A program made the translations under genes and the position numbers. Under the pieces are notes generated by a model. It saw only the letters and a list, made by a program, of their open reading frames with translations, was not told the DNA's origin and searched no databases. Below are positions 51,866 through 61,333 of a DNA stretch of 64,000 nucleotides, one piece after another. Each line of letters begins with the position of its first letter. The first letter of the stretch is position 1. Source of the DNA: Vicinamibacterales bacterium (lineage in GTDB: Bacteria > Acidobacteriota > Vicinamibacteria > Vicinamibacterales > UBA2999); the NCBI GenBank assembly GCA_050185275.1, contig JBFWZN010000003.1, positions 147,436-211,435 on the forward strand, read 5' to 3'.

Positions 51866-52516
51866 TCAGAGCTCGCTGCGGAACTGCTCGAGGGCGACGC
51901 GCACCAGCTGGCTCCTGGTGCGCACGCCCGTCTTGTTGAAGAGGACCTGCAGCGCGGCCTTCACCGCGCTCTCGGAGATGCCGAGCGCGGAGGCCACTTC
52001 CTTGTTGGCGAGGCCCTCGATGAGGTAGCCGAGAATCTGCCGTTCACGCGGCGTGAGCCGCGGGACGCGAGAGGCTTCGCCGGCCGCCACCTGCACCAGC
52101 TTGCGCAGGTAGTGCTCGTCGATGAGGACCTTGCCGTCGTGCACCTCGCGGATGCTGCGCTTGAGGTCGTCGGCCGCGTGGTGCTTGTGGAAGATGCCGG
52201 CGACGCCGGCGCCAATCATCTGGAGCGCCTCGCGGTCGGGCAGGCCGGCCGTCACCAGCAGGATGCGGCCCGCGAAGCCCTGCTGGCGCAGGCGCGTCAC
52301 CATGTCCGCCGCCGGCTGCTCGCCGAACATGTAGTCGAGCAGCAGGACGTCCACATCCTCCTTCTGCAGGCGTTGAAGGGCGAGTTCCGGCACACCCTCG
52401 ATGCCGACGATCTCGAACTCCGCGTCGGCTGCCAGCAGCCGGCCCAGGCCGTCGCGGAACAACGCGTGATCGTCCACGAGGAACAGCCGAATCACCCGGT
52501 TCGCGCTAACTGGCAC
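51866..52516 (-). CDS. two-component response regulator, NarL/FixJ (LuxR HTH) family
   Basis: Receiver domain contains IRLFLVDDH and LLLDYMF. HTH is LTPRERQILGYLIEGLANKEVASALGISESAVKA. GTG at 52516 has a GAGGA RBS; the ORF extends to 52540. Confidence 0.88.
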   Translation of the reverse strand: MPVSANRVIRLFLVDDHALFRDGLGRLLAADAEFEIVGIEGVPELALQRLQKEDVDVLLLDYMFGEQPAADMVTRLRQQGFAGRILLVTAGLPDREALQMIGAGVAGIFHKHHAADDLKRSIREVHDGKVLIDEHYLRKLVQVAAGEASRVPRLTPRERQILGYLIEGLANKEVASALGISESAVKAALQVLFNKTGVRTRSQLVRVALEQFRSEL

Positions 52517-53948
52517 GGAGGTCCTCACGATCGGCGGCACGCATAGCCAGCGGCACGACCACGCGGAACGTGGCTCCGCTTCCCGACGGGACGTACCGCA
52601 GATCGCCGCCGACGCTGCGCGCGAGTTCGCGCGAGATGTAGAGGCCCAGGCCGGCGCCCTCGCTGTCGGAGCGTACGGGGTGCAGGTGGAAGAGCGCCTC
52701 CGGTTTCGCGACGCCAGGCCCGTTGTCGCGGAACTCCAGCACGAGATCGTCCGCGTCCGCCTGGGCCGAGATGGTGAGCCGGCGCTCGGCGCGGCCCTCG
52801 ACGGCCCGCAGGCTGTTCTGGCACAGGTTGAGGAAGATCTGCAGCAGCCCGTGTGCGTTGGCGGCCACCGCCGGCAGCACCTCGGGCACCTCCCACACCA
52901 CCTCGCCGCCCGTCTCCTCCCAGTCGGGTTCGATCACCACGCGAAGGTGATCGAGCACGACGCGGATGTCCACCACCGACCCCTGCGCCACGAACCGTTT
53001 GCCCAGCTCGATGGACGCAATCTCCATCAGGCCGTTCACGAGGCGGACGAGGGCCTCGAAGTCCGCACTGCCCCGCAGGTCGGCGCGGCGATCCAGATTG
53101 GAGCACACCACCGACAGGGCCGAGCACAGGTTGCGGATCTCGTGCGACACGGCGCTTGCGAGCAGCCGGTTGTAGTCGAGCAGTTGCTCGAAGTGCACCC
53201 GTTCGCGGTCCCGCACCTCCTCGGACATGTCCACGAAGATGGCGGCGAGGCGTCGATTGGTGCCGTGTCCGTACACGGAGAACCACGCCTGAATGGGAAA
53301 TCCGTGGCCGTCGCGACGGTGGGCCCAGCCGTCCACCGAGGCACGCACCGCGCGATCGGAGGCCGCCACGTCGAGGGCGCTGGCCAGCACGGGCAGGTTG
53401 TGGGCCACGGATGTGCCGACCAGCGCACCGGGTCGCACACCGAGCATCTCGTGTGCGGCGCGGTTCGCGCCCAGCACCTCCGCCCGCGCGTTGAGCGTGA
53501 GGATGGCGGCCGGGCTGCTGTCGGCCAAAACGCGCAGCTGCTCCTCGGCCTGCTCGCGCAGGCGCTGCTCCTGCTGCACGCGCGCGAGACTCTCGATGAC
53601 GCGCCGGCGGTTGTTGCTCATCTCGACGAGCAGCAGGCCCGTGCCCGTGTACGCGAGGCTCGCCATCGTGAACTTGAGCAGGGCCTCGAGTCCCGACGCG
53701 GCAGGCGTGAACGGCGTGCGCGCCAGCGCCGCAAAGAGGCCGAAGAGCACGATTTGCCAGCGGCTGAGGGCCGACGAGGCAATGAGCACCGGGATGATGT
53801 ACAGGACGCCGAGTGAGAAATCGAGCTGTGAGTACCACTCGACGATCGTGAGTGCCGCGACGAAGAGCACCGCCACGGGGAGCACGCGGCGGCTCTGGAT
53901 CGCGTTCTCCGGAATGCGAACGCCGAAGACGGACAGGCGGGTCGGCAC
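52506..53948 (-). CDS. sensor histidine kinase (TM + PAS + HisKA + HATPase_c)
   Basis: N-terminal TM segments and a PAS-like region. H-box is SAVSHEIRNLCSAL. N and G boxes include NLCQNSLRAV and GAGLGLYISRELARSVGGDL. Confidence 0.88.
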   Translation of the reverse strand: MPTRLSVFGVRIPENAIQSRRVLPVAVLFVAALTIVEWYSQLDFSLGVLYIIPVLIASSALSRWQIVLFGLFAALARTPFTPAASGLEALLKFTMASLAYTGTGLLLVEMSNNRRRVIESLARVQQEQRLREQAEEQLRVLADSSPAAILTLNARAEVLGANRAAHEMLGVRPGALVGTSVAHNLPVLASALDVAASDRAVRASVDGWAHRRDGHGFPIQAWFSVYGHGTNRRLAAIFVDMSEEVRDRERVHFEQLLDYNRLLASAVSHEIRNLCSALSVVCSNLDRRADLRGSADFEALVRLVNGLMEIASIELGKRFVAQGSVVDIRVVLDHLRVVIEPDWEETGGEVVWEVPEVLPAVAANAHGLLQIFLNLCQNSLRAVEGRAERRLTISAQADADDLVLEFRDNGPGVAKPEALFHLHPVRSDSEGAGLGLYISRELARSVGGDLRYVPSGSGATFRVVVPLAMRAADREDLRAS

Positions 53949-54005
53949 CCCGATATTCTTGCCGCAAGCACGGGCCCGAGGGAATACCGGGAACGGTGCT
54001 ATCGA

Positions 54006-54036
54006 TGGATAGATTCTTGCTGTCCGTTGGATAGAT
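54006..54036. promoter_or_regulatory. 2 x TGGATAGAT direct repeats (22-bp period) in the AT-richer divergent HK/SulP intergenic region
   Basis: TGGATAGAT occurs at 54006-54014 and 54028-54036, within the only AT-rich patch between 53948 and 54199. Confidence 0.3.
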
Positions 54037-54198
54037 ATTCACTATCCCCGCAGGGCCCGTGCGGTGCCGGTCCTGCATGTCCCACCAGCCAATCGAGATC
54101 CGAAAGGTAGCGGCGCGTCTGCGCACGGCGGCGATAGCCTGCGGTCAGTCCTCGATATGCCTCCCGTCACCGGGACCGGAGGTGGAGTGGTCACCGAC

Positions 54199-55539
54199 AT
54201 GCTGAGCCGACTTACACAGTTCATGACGATCTTCGACGATCGGTTCGAGGATCTCGAGCGTCACAACTGGAAGCCCACGGTCTATCGCGACTTCAGCGCC
54301 GGTCTCATCGTGGCCATGACGGCCATCCCCATGGCCATGGGATTCGCCATGGCCAGCGGCCTGCGTCCCGAGCAGGGCATCATCGCCGGCGCCGTGGCCT
54401 GCCTGGTGGGCCGCACCTTCGGTGGATCCAAGTACCAGGTGTACGGGCCGACCGCGGCCTTCATCCCGGTGATTGCCTCGCTCATGGGCAAGTACGACCA
54501 TGGGTTCCTCATCCTGTGCTCCGGCATCTCGGGCGTCATCCTGATGCTGATGGGCCTGTTCGGCACGGGTCGCATCGTGAAGCTGGTGCCCAACTCGATC
54601 GTCGTGGGCTTCACCGTGGGCATCGGCGTCACGATCGCGCTCACCAACCTCGATTCGGTGCTGGGTCTCAGGATCGACGGGGGCGGACTCGTCAACGTGC
54701 TCGCCGGCATCTTCGCCAACATCGGCGACCTGAACGGCTATGCGCTCGTCATCGGCCTGATGACGTTCCTGGTGACGCGCTACCTGCTGCGCGTGTCCAT
54801 CTTCATTCCGGCGCCCCTCATCGCCCTCGGTGGGGCCACGCTGCTGGCCGGCACCGCCTGGCAGGGATCCGGGCTCACGCTCATCCAGGACCGCTACGGC
54901 GAGATTCCCAACAACTTCTTCGTGTTCACCGCGCCCACCCTGCCCGCCGTGTCGCCGGCGATGCTGCTGGACATGAGCTACTACGTGATCGCCATCGTCT
55001 TCGTGTCGGCGGTGGAGAGCCTGCTGTGCTCGTCGATGGCCGATCGCCTGGCCGGCAACCGGAAGACGCCGTTCAACCCGGACAAGGAATTCTGGGGCCA
55101 GGGGCTGGTGCAGATCATCACGCCGCTCATCAACGGCTTCCCCTGCACGGGCGCCCTTGCGCGCACGGCCACCAGCATCAAGTCGGGCGCCGTGACGCCG
55201 CTCGCGGGCTACTTCAAGTTCGCGCTGAAGCTCGCGATGGCCTACTACATGGCGCAGTACCTCAATCTCGTGCCGATGGCGTGCATCGGCGGCATCCTGC
55301 TGTGGGTGTCCACCAACATGATCAAGCCGGCCGAGATCCGCTACGTGTGGTCGGCCGACCGCGCGCACGGACTGCTGATGGCATACACCGCCATCATGGT
55401 GCCGGTCACCGACTTCCTCACCGGTGTGCTCTCGGCCCTGATCCTCTACTTCATCTTCCGCAAGAGTTTCGGAGAGCTGCCGGACCCCGGTCATGCGCCG
55501 GCCATCCGTCCGAAGGCGGGCCAGCCTGTTCCCGCCTGA
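54199..55539 (+). CDS. SulP-family inorganic anion transporter (no STAS domain)
   Basis: RDFSAGLIVAMTAIPMAMGFAMASGLRPEQGIIAG is the SulP signature region. About 10-12 TM segments follow. The start is uncertain (54199 or 54157). Confidence 0.85.
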   Translation: MLSRLTQFMTIFDDRFEDLERHNWKPTVYRDFSAGLIVAMTAIPMAMGFAMASGLRPEQGIIAGAVACLVGRTFGGSKYQVYGPTAAFIPVIASLMGKYDHGFLILCSGISGVILMLMGLFGTGRIVKLVPNSIVVGFTVGIGVTIALTNLDSVLGLRIDGGGLVNVLAGIFANIGDLNGYALVIGLMTFLVTRYLLRVSIFIPAPLIALGGATLLAGTAWQGSGLTLIQDRYGEIPNNFFVFTAPTLPAVSPAMLLDMSYYVIAIVFVSAVESLLCSSMADRLAGNRKTPFNPDKEFWGQGLVQIITPLINGFPCTGALARTATSIKSGAVTPLAGYFKFALKLAMAYYMAQYLNLVPMACIGGILLWVSTNMIKPAEIRYVWSADRAHGLLMAYTAIMVPVTDFLTGVLSALILYFIFRKSFGELPDPGHAPAIRPKAGQPVPA

Positions 55540-55549
55540 GGACCACACC

Positions 55550-56464
55550 ATGGCCTGTCTCGAACAACTCGTCGTGGCGCTCGCCTCACCGGAGGGCGAC
55601 CAGTCGCTGGTGGCCTACGCCGCCATCCTGGCGCGGCTCGGCAAGACCGCCGAGGTGCGCTTCGTCCATGTGGCCGAGCCGTCCGCCCCGGCGGGGTTGC
55701 TGCGCGGACGGATGCGCGACCACGTGAAGGCTGTCTTCGGCGAGACGTCGGCCAGCCTCGAGTGCGACGTGCTGCACGGCGCGCTCACGGACCGCCTGCT
55801 CGCCCACGTCAGCGAGTTCCAGGCCGATCTCATCGTGATCGGCAGTCGCAAGCATCGGCTGGGCGCACGACTCGCAATGCTGGCCCCGTGCGCGGTGGCC
55901 ATCGTGCCCAACGACTTCGAGCCTCGCCTGTCGCACGTGCTGGTGCCGGTGGACTTCTCCGCCGATACCGTGCAGACCCTGGACTGGACGACGGCGCTCG
56001 TCGCGGGAAAGGACGTGCGGTGCAGCGCCCTCCACGTGATGACCCACGAGTCCATGGACCTGTTCGGCGGGGAAGCCAGCGAGGCCCAGCAGCAGGAAGC
56101 CATGCGGCGCCTGCTGGCCGGCACGACGAAGCACGCCGTCACGGTCGAGGCCCGTCTCGTGGGGGTCTCGAGAACGACCGACGTCGGCCATAGCCACCCG
56201 TTCTCGTTTCCGGCCTCCATCCAGGGCAGCGACATCGCCCACACCATCCTGACCGAGGCCACCACGACCGGCGCCGACTGCATTGCGATGAGCACCAGGG
56301 GCCGGAGTCGATCGGCGTCCATCTTGCTGGGGAGCGTGACGGACAAGGTCATCGAGCGGGCCGCCGTGCCCGTACTCGTGGCCAAGCACCGCGGGCGCAA
56401 CCTCGGCCTCGCGTCCATTCTGCTCGGTCGCGCCGGTGCGCAGCCGGGCATCCGGGCCAACTGA
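55550..56464 (+). CDS. universal stress protein (tandem Usp domains)
   Basis: Two Usp-like halves. The terminal ATP-binding-type motif reads MSTRGRSRSASILLGSVTDKVIERAAVPVLV. Confidence 0.8.
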   Translation: MACLEQLVVALASPEGDQSLVAYAAILARLGKTAEVRFVHVAEPSAPAGLLRGRMRDHVKAVFGETSASLECDVLHGALTDRLLAHVSEFQADLIVIGSRKHRLGARLAMLAPCAVAIVPNDFEPRLSHVLVPVDFSADTVQTLDWTTALVAGKDVRCSALHVMTHESMDLFGGEASEAQQQEAMRRLLAGTTKHAVTVEARLVGVSRTTDVGHSHPFSFPASIQGSDIAHTILTEATTTGADCIAMSTRGRSRSASILLGSVTDKVIERAAVPVLVAKHRGRNLGLASILLGRAGAQPGIRAN

Positions 56465-56492
56465 ACGGGACCACCGTCGAGGGGGAGGAGCG

Positions 56493-57434
56493 ATGCTCGA
56501 GACCACCGATTTCCGGCTCCTTCTGGCCACCGATTTTTCCGAGGCGTGTCAGCGGACGGCACAGGCCGTGGTGCGGCTGGCGGACCAGTGCCGGCTGCAC
56601 GTGACGCTCGTGCACGTGACTCGCCCTGGCGACGCGACGACGCAGGCGAGCCGGACGCTCGACTCGATGCTGCGCGGCGTGAGGGGACTGGCCGGTTGCC
56701 GGCGCGTCGTCGTCGAGAGCCCGCGACCCGCCGATGCCGTGGCGTCGCTCTGCGAGCACGGGACGTTCGACCTGGTCGTCGCCCCGCCGTCGCGACGCCG
56801 CTACGGTATCGAGACGCTGCTCCAGGGCTCCTTTCGCGCACGCCTGCATGCGCGGAGCGCGGTGCCCCTGTGGACGGGCGGTTCCACCGCCACTCGTGGC
56901 GGCCTCGTGTCGCCGTTGCGTACGGTGGCGTGCCTGGTGGATAGCGACGACCGTCCCGAGGTGCTCCTGTCGGCCGCCGGCACGCTGGCCGCGCGCCTGG
57001 GTGCCCGGGTATCCGCGCTGATGGCGCTCGCGCCCATCGACGACTCGCTCATGGCGGCGGCGGCGCATGGCGGTCGGCCCGTCACGCCGGCCGAAGCCGC
57101 CGACGCGGTGTGGGCCATGGTGGGGCCTGCGCCACCGGCGCCCGTTGACGTCGTCCCCCTGGTCACCGGCGATGCGCTCCAGGCGCTCCTGCGCCGCTGT
57201 GGCGCCGACGTGCTCATCGTCTGCGCGCGGCGCGTGCGAACGGGCTCGCTGCCGTTCCGGTTTCCCCGCTGGCTCGATCGGCTGCCCTGCCCGGTCGTCT
57301 GCGTCCCGGCGCCGACGCGCCGGCCCGCACCGTGGCCCCGCGTCGAGCAGCACGAGCGGAACCGCGTGGGCGACTGGACACCGGCCGGGGCCACCGCCGA
57401 CACACCACTCGTCGTCTCGCAGAGCCGGGCCTGA
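56493..57434 (+). CDS. universal stress protein-like (tandem, divergent)
   Basis: GGGGGAGGAG RBS. FRLLLATDFSEACQRTAQAVVRLADQCRLHVTLVHV is a Usp N-terminal pattern. The second half is degenerate. Confidence 0.65.
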   Translation: MLETTDFRLLLATDFSEACQRTAQAVVRLADQCRLHVTLVHVTRPGDATTQASRTLDSMLRGVRGLAGCRRVVVESPRPADAVASLCEHGTFDLVVAPPSRRRYGIETLLQGSFRARLHARSAVPLWTGGSTATRGGLVSPLRTVACLVDSDDRPEVLLSAAGTLAARLGARVSALMALAPIDDSLMAAAAHGGRPVTPAEAADAVWAMVGPAPPAPVDVVPLVTGDALQALLRRCGADVLIVCARRVRTGSLPFRFPRWLDRLPCPVVCVPAPTRRPAPWPRVEQHERNRVGDWTPAGATADTPLVVSQSRA

Positions 57435-57551
57435 CTGCGCGTCAGGTCTGTTGCGTCTGCTGAGCCGGCCTCCCCGGGCCGTGCCCGCTGGACTTCGCCG
57501 CGCGCCTGGTGCAGAGTCTCGGCACACAACTCACCCGGAGGACCGTCCACG

Positions 57552-59678
57552 ATGCGCATCAGACGAGTCGTCGCGTTGTTCGGACTCTGCGGGCTCGTGC
57601 TCGCGGCTGCCCTGCTCACCTCCGTGCGCGCCCAGCAAGGCGCCCCTGTTTCGCCAGTGACCGTGGACGCCGACGACATCGGTGGCGTCGTCACCGGGCC
57701 GAATGGCCCGGAAGCGGGCGTCTGGGTGATCGCCGAGACCGAGACCCTGTCCACGCCGCTCAAGAAGATCGTCGTCACCGACGATGCGGGACGCTACCTC
57801 CTGCCCGATCTGCCGCAGGCCACCTACCGCGTGTGGGTGCGCGGCTACGGCCTGGTCGATTCACCCGCCGTGGAGGCGAGGCCCGGCGACACACGAACGC
57901 TGACGGCGGTGCTGGCCCCGAACGCGCGCGCCGCCGCGCAGTACTATCCGGCCAACTACTGGTATTCGCTCCTCGAGGTGCCCGAGGCGCGTGAGTTTCC
58001 CGGCACCGGGCCGCAGGGCAACGGCATCGACCCGGCCATCACGACGCAGCACGAGTGGATCAGCCGCATCAAGGCCGGCTGCAACGTGTGCCACCAGCTG
58101 GGCAACACCGCCACGCGCGAGATTCCGCCCGTGTTCGCCGAGGGCCGCTCGAGCGTGGAGGCGTGGCACCTGCGGGTGCAGTCGGGCCAGGACGGTGCCG
58201 GCATGAGCAACGCGGTCACGGCGCTTGGCCGCGATCGCGCGCTCAAGATGTTTGCGGACTGGACCGACCGCATCGCGGCCGGCGCGGTGCCAGCCGTCGC
58301 GCCCCCGCGTCCGCAAGGCGTGGAGCGGAATCTCGTCCTCACCCTGTGGGACTGGGGCGGGACCGCCACGTTCGCGCACGATGAGCTGTCCACCGACAAG
58401 CGCAACCCCACGGCCAACGCGCGCGGGCCGATCTACGGTGTGGACTGGGGCAACGACGCCTTCCTGATCCTGGATCCGCTGACGAACGAGACCACCGAGC
58501 TGCGCGTGCCGGTGCTCGACCCGGACACGCCGCCCGGCAAGGCGCAGCGCATGCCGGTGCCGTCGGCCTACTGGGGCAATCAGCTGTACTGGTACGACCC
58601 GGCCATTCCCAACCACGCGGCCATGGACAGCAAGGGCCGGGTGTGGATGTCGGGCCGCTTCCGCAAGCCCGAGGACCAGCCGCAGTTCTGCCGCGCGCAT
58701 CCGTCGGCCCGGCTCGCGCCCATGGAGACCGGCTTCCGCCAGCTGCAGTACTTCGATCCCCAGACGCGCCAGTTCCATCAGGTGGACATCTGCTTCGACA
58801 CGCACCACGTGGCGTTTGCCGGCGACGCGGACGAGACCATCTACGGCAACGGGCCGTTTGCGGGCGCCATCGGCTGGGTGAAGACCCGCGTGCTCGAGGA
58901 GACGGGCGACCTGGCGGCCGCGCAGGGCTGGTGCCAGGGCTACTTCGACATCGACGGCGACGGCCGCGTGGACCCGGCCGTGGACCGGCCCATTCCAATG
59001 GGCGGCGTGTACAGCGTGATTCCCAACAACGCCGACGGCAGCGTCTGGGGCGCCGTGCTCAACCCGATGCCCGGCAAGATCGTGCGGATCGATCCAGCCA
59101 CGTGCGTGGGCGAGGCCTACGAGCCACCCTTCGGCGCGGGTGTGGCGACGACCGGCTATACGCCGCGCGGCATCGACATCGACGAGAACGGCGTCATCTG
59201 GACGGGCCTGGCGGGCAGCGGCCACCTGGCCAGCTTCGACCGCCGCCGGTGCGAGGTGCGCAGCGGCCCGCAGGCCACCGGGCAGCACTGCCCCGAGGGC
59301 TGGACGCTCTATCGTCATCCGGGCCCGTCGTTCCGCAACGCACCGGAGGACATCGCCACCGGCTTCATCTACTACAACTTCGTGGACCGCTTCGACACGC
59401 TCGGCCTCGGGCGCAACGTTCCGCTCGCGACGGGAACGACGTCCGACTCGCTGCTGGCGCTGGTGGACGGCAAGTGGGTGGATCTGCGCGTGCCCTATCC
59501 GATGGGATTCTTCTCGCGCGGCCTCGATGGCCGCATCGACGACCCGGACGCGGGCTGGAAGGGGCGCGGCATCTACGCCAACTACGGCCCCAACGCCGTG
59601 TGGCACATCGAGGGCGGGCTCGGCACGCGCAGCAAGGTGGTGCGCTTCCAGCTCCGGCCCGATCCGCTGGCGCGCTAG
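57552..59678 (+). CDS. secreted protein: carboxypeptidase-regulatory-like domain + single CxxCH haem motif + beta-propeller-like body
   Basis: A signal peptide is present. GVVTGPNGPEAGVWVIAE...TDDAGRYLLPDLPQATYRVWVRGYG resembles CarboxypepD_reg. The haem motif is CNVCH. Confidence 0.7.
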   Translation: MRIRRVVALFGLCGLVLAAALLTSVRAQQGAPVSPVTVDADDIGGVVTGPNGPEAGVWVIAETETLSTPLKKIVVTDDAGRYLLPDLPQATYRVWVRGYGLVDSPAVEARPGDTRTLTAVLAPNARAAAQYYPANYWYSLLEVPEAREFPGTGPQGNGIDPAITTQHEWISRIKAGCNVCHQLGNTATREIPPVFAEGRSSVEAWHLRVQSGQDGAGMSNAVTALGRDRALKMFADWTDRIAAGAVPAVAPPRPQGVERNLVLTLWDWGGTATFAHDELSTDKRNPTANARGPIYGVDWGNDAFLILDPLTNETTELRVPVLDPDTPPGKAQRMPVPSAYWGNQLYWYDPAIPNHAAMDSKGRVWMSGRFRKPEDQPQFCRAHPSARLAPMETGFRQLQYFDPQTRQFHQVDICFDTHHVAFAGDADETIYGNGPFAGAIGWVKTRVLEETGDLAAAQGWCQGYFDIDGDGRVDPAVDRPIPMGGVYSVIPNNADGSVWGAVLNPMPGKIVRIDPATCVGEAYEPPFGAGVATTGYTPRGIDIDENGVIWTGLAGSGHLASFDRRRCEVRSGPQATGQHCPEGWTLYRHPGPSFRNAPEDIATGFIYYNFVDRFDTLGLGRNVPLATGTTSDSLLALVDGKWVDLRVPYPMGFFSRGLDGRIDDPDAGWKGRGIYANYGPNAVWHIEGGLGTRSKVVRFQLRPDPLAR

Positions 59679-59828
59679 GGCGCCAGCGGCACCGACGCGC
59701 CCTTGTGGCGGGCGTGGCGGTTGTAGGGGGCCTGGAGGACGGCGGTGCGGAGGTCCCTGGACTGGTGTCTAGCGCGAGCGCGTGCGCCCGCGCCAGCCGT
59801 CCTTCCGCCGCTGCCCAGCCCGCGCGGC

Positions 59829-60728
59829 CTACTGCTGTCCGCCGCGGCCGCCTCCGCCGCCGGTCCCACCGCCGGGGCCCGGCCCGCCGCCGCGCGGCTG
59901 CACGGGAGGCAAGGGCATCGCGGTGCCGTCGCGGCCCGAGCCGTCGAGCGGTCCGGGCTGCAGGTTGCCCGACGCGCTCACCTCGTTGAAGTCGGTGCAG
60001 GCGTACTCGGCCAGCTCCCAGGCGGGGTTGGCCAGGGGCATGATCCAGCCGTTGGTCCACGGCCGCGTGTAGAACTTCGGGTCGTCGATCGTGGCCTCGT
60101 AGCGGATCTGATCCGCGCTGATGCGCGTCCACCGCTCGATCACGTGCAGCGCGTCGCTGTGGCGGTTGCCGTGATCGTCGAGCCACGTGCGATCGGTGAA
60201 GCCCACCGAGTCGATGACCAGCGTGTCCCCGTCCCACCTGCCCACCGAGTGCCCCATCAGCTGCGGCAGGTAGTCCTGCGGGTGGTCACGTCCGTCGGTG
60301 TAGATGATGCGGTGATTGTGCATGTACTCGTACAGCATGATCACCTTGTCCTGCAGGTGCACGATCTGCATCGGGTACGGCGAGTTGTTGACACGCGGCA
60401 CGCCCGGCAGCACGCAGCGGCTGGTGGGATCCACGTGGTTCCACACGTCGTTGTAGGCCTTGAGTCCTTCGGGTGTAAAGGGCAGCGGCTGCACGCCCGA
60501 GGCCATGTTGGTGCCGCCGTAGGGCCGCTTGTTCCACAGGCCCGAGAGGTCGGCCTGGCCCCAGGGCGTTCTCGGCACCGGCGTGCCGTTGGGCTCGCGG
60601 CCGGCCTGCACGAACGGCTTGGCCGGCTCGTCGCCCCGGCGGCTTGCGATCTGGCCGTCGAGCACCAGCGTGGAGACCGCCACCGCCACGCCGGTGGCCA
60701 CCACAGTCCAGAGCATCCGCGTCTTCAT
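59829..60728 (-). CDS. secreted hypothetical protein, paralogue of 43927-44694, with Gly/Pro-rich tail
   Basis: Signal peptide MKTRMLWTVVATGVAVAVSTLVL. Shared blocks with the paralogue are CVLPGVP, TDGRDHP, SVGRWDGDTLVIDSVGF and DALHVIERW. Confidence 0.65.
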   Translation of the reverse strand: MKTRMLWTVVATGVAVAVSTLVLDGQIASRRGDEPAKPFVQAGREPNGTPVPRTPWGQADLSGLWNKRPYGGTNMASGVQPLPFTPEGLKAYNDVWNHVDPTSRCVLPGVPRVNNSPYPMQIVHLQDKVIMLYEYMHNHRIIYTDGRDHPQDYLPQLMGHSVGRWDGDTLVIDSVGFTDRTWLDDHGNRHSDALHVIERWTRISADQIRYEATIDDPKFYTRPWTNGWIMPLANPAWELAEYACTDFNEVSASGNLQPGPLDGSGRDGTAMPLPPVQPRGGGPGPGGGTGGGGGRGGQQ

Positions 60729-61144
60729 CGCTGTCCTCCCGTCTGTCCCGGCGTCGTGGGTGCGCCGTCGTTCGCCTGGCCTGCAAACACGCGCTTGCCG
60801 TCTGGGCCGATCAGCACGCGCAGGTTGCAGATGGGCTGACCGCTCCGGGCCGCGAAGCCCTCGAGGCTGACCTTGTCGCCGGCCTTGAGCGTGTCGGGAC
60901 GCCACCCCTGGCGGAACAACTGGTTGGGTGCCGCGCCCTCGCAGCCCCAGTTCACCATGCCGCCGTCGCCCTGCACGTCGAGGAAGATCCAGATGTGGGG
61001 ATTGCGGAACTCCACCCGCGTAATGGTGCCGGTGAGCGCCACGGCCTTCGTGGCATCGTAGGTGGCTGCAAAGGAATGGTGAGCGACCACTGCCAGGGGA
61101 GTTGCGAACAGGCTGCCGAGGACGAGGCCGAGGATCGCGCGCAT
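60725..61144 (-). CDS. DUF6152-like small secreted protein
   Basis: MRAILGLVLGSLFATPLAVVAHHS, then TRVEFRNPHIWIFLDV. Only the last 139 codons of the 697-aa ORF 60725-62818 are taken as real. Confidence 0.6.
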   Translation of the reverse strand: MRAILGLVLGSLFATPLAVVAHHSFAATYDATKAVALTGTITRVEFRNPHIWIFLDVQGDGGMVNWGCEGAAPNQLFRQGWRPDTLKAGDKVSLEGFAARSGQPICNLRVLIGPDGKRVFAGQANDGAPTTPGQTGGQR

Positions 61145-61333
61145 GGTGCCTCCTGACCGCCGAACGGGTTTCGCGGGAGCGGAACGTGGGGGAGTCTGCA
61201 CCTGACGCTCCACGGCGTCAAGGGGCTTACGCGGCCGTGTGGTTGTCCCGCCGTGCACGCGGCAGATGATCCAGAATCCACCCGTTCCGTTCGGCGATAG
61301 CCCTCTCACCCCGACCTCCCGGAGCGTACGCGC

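Noticed and set aside
52525-55551. 533-aa minus-strand ORF (52525-54126) and 468-aa minus-strand ORF (54145-55551)
   Set aside because: The first is an alternative frame of the histidine kinase with Arg/Pro-rich nonsense. The second is antisense to the SulP transporter.
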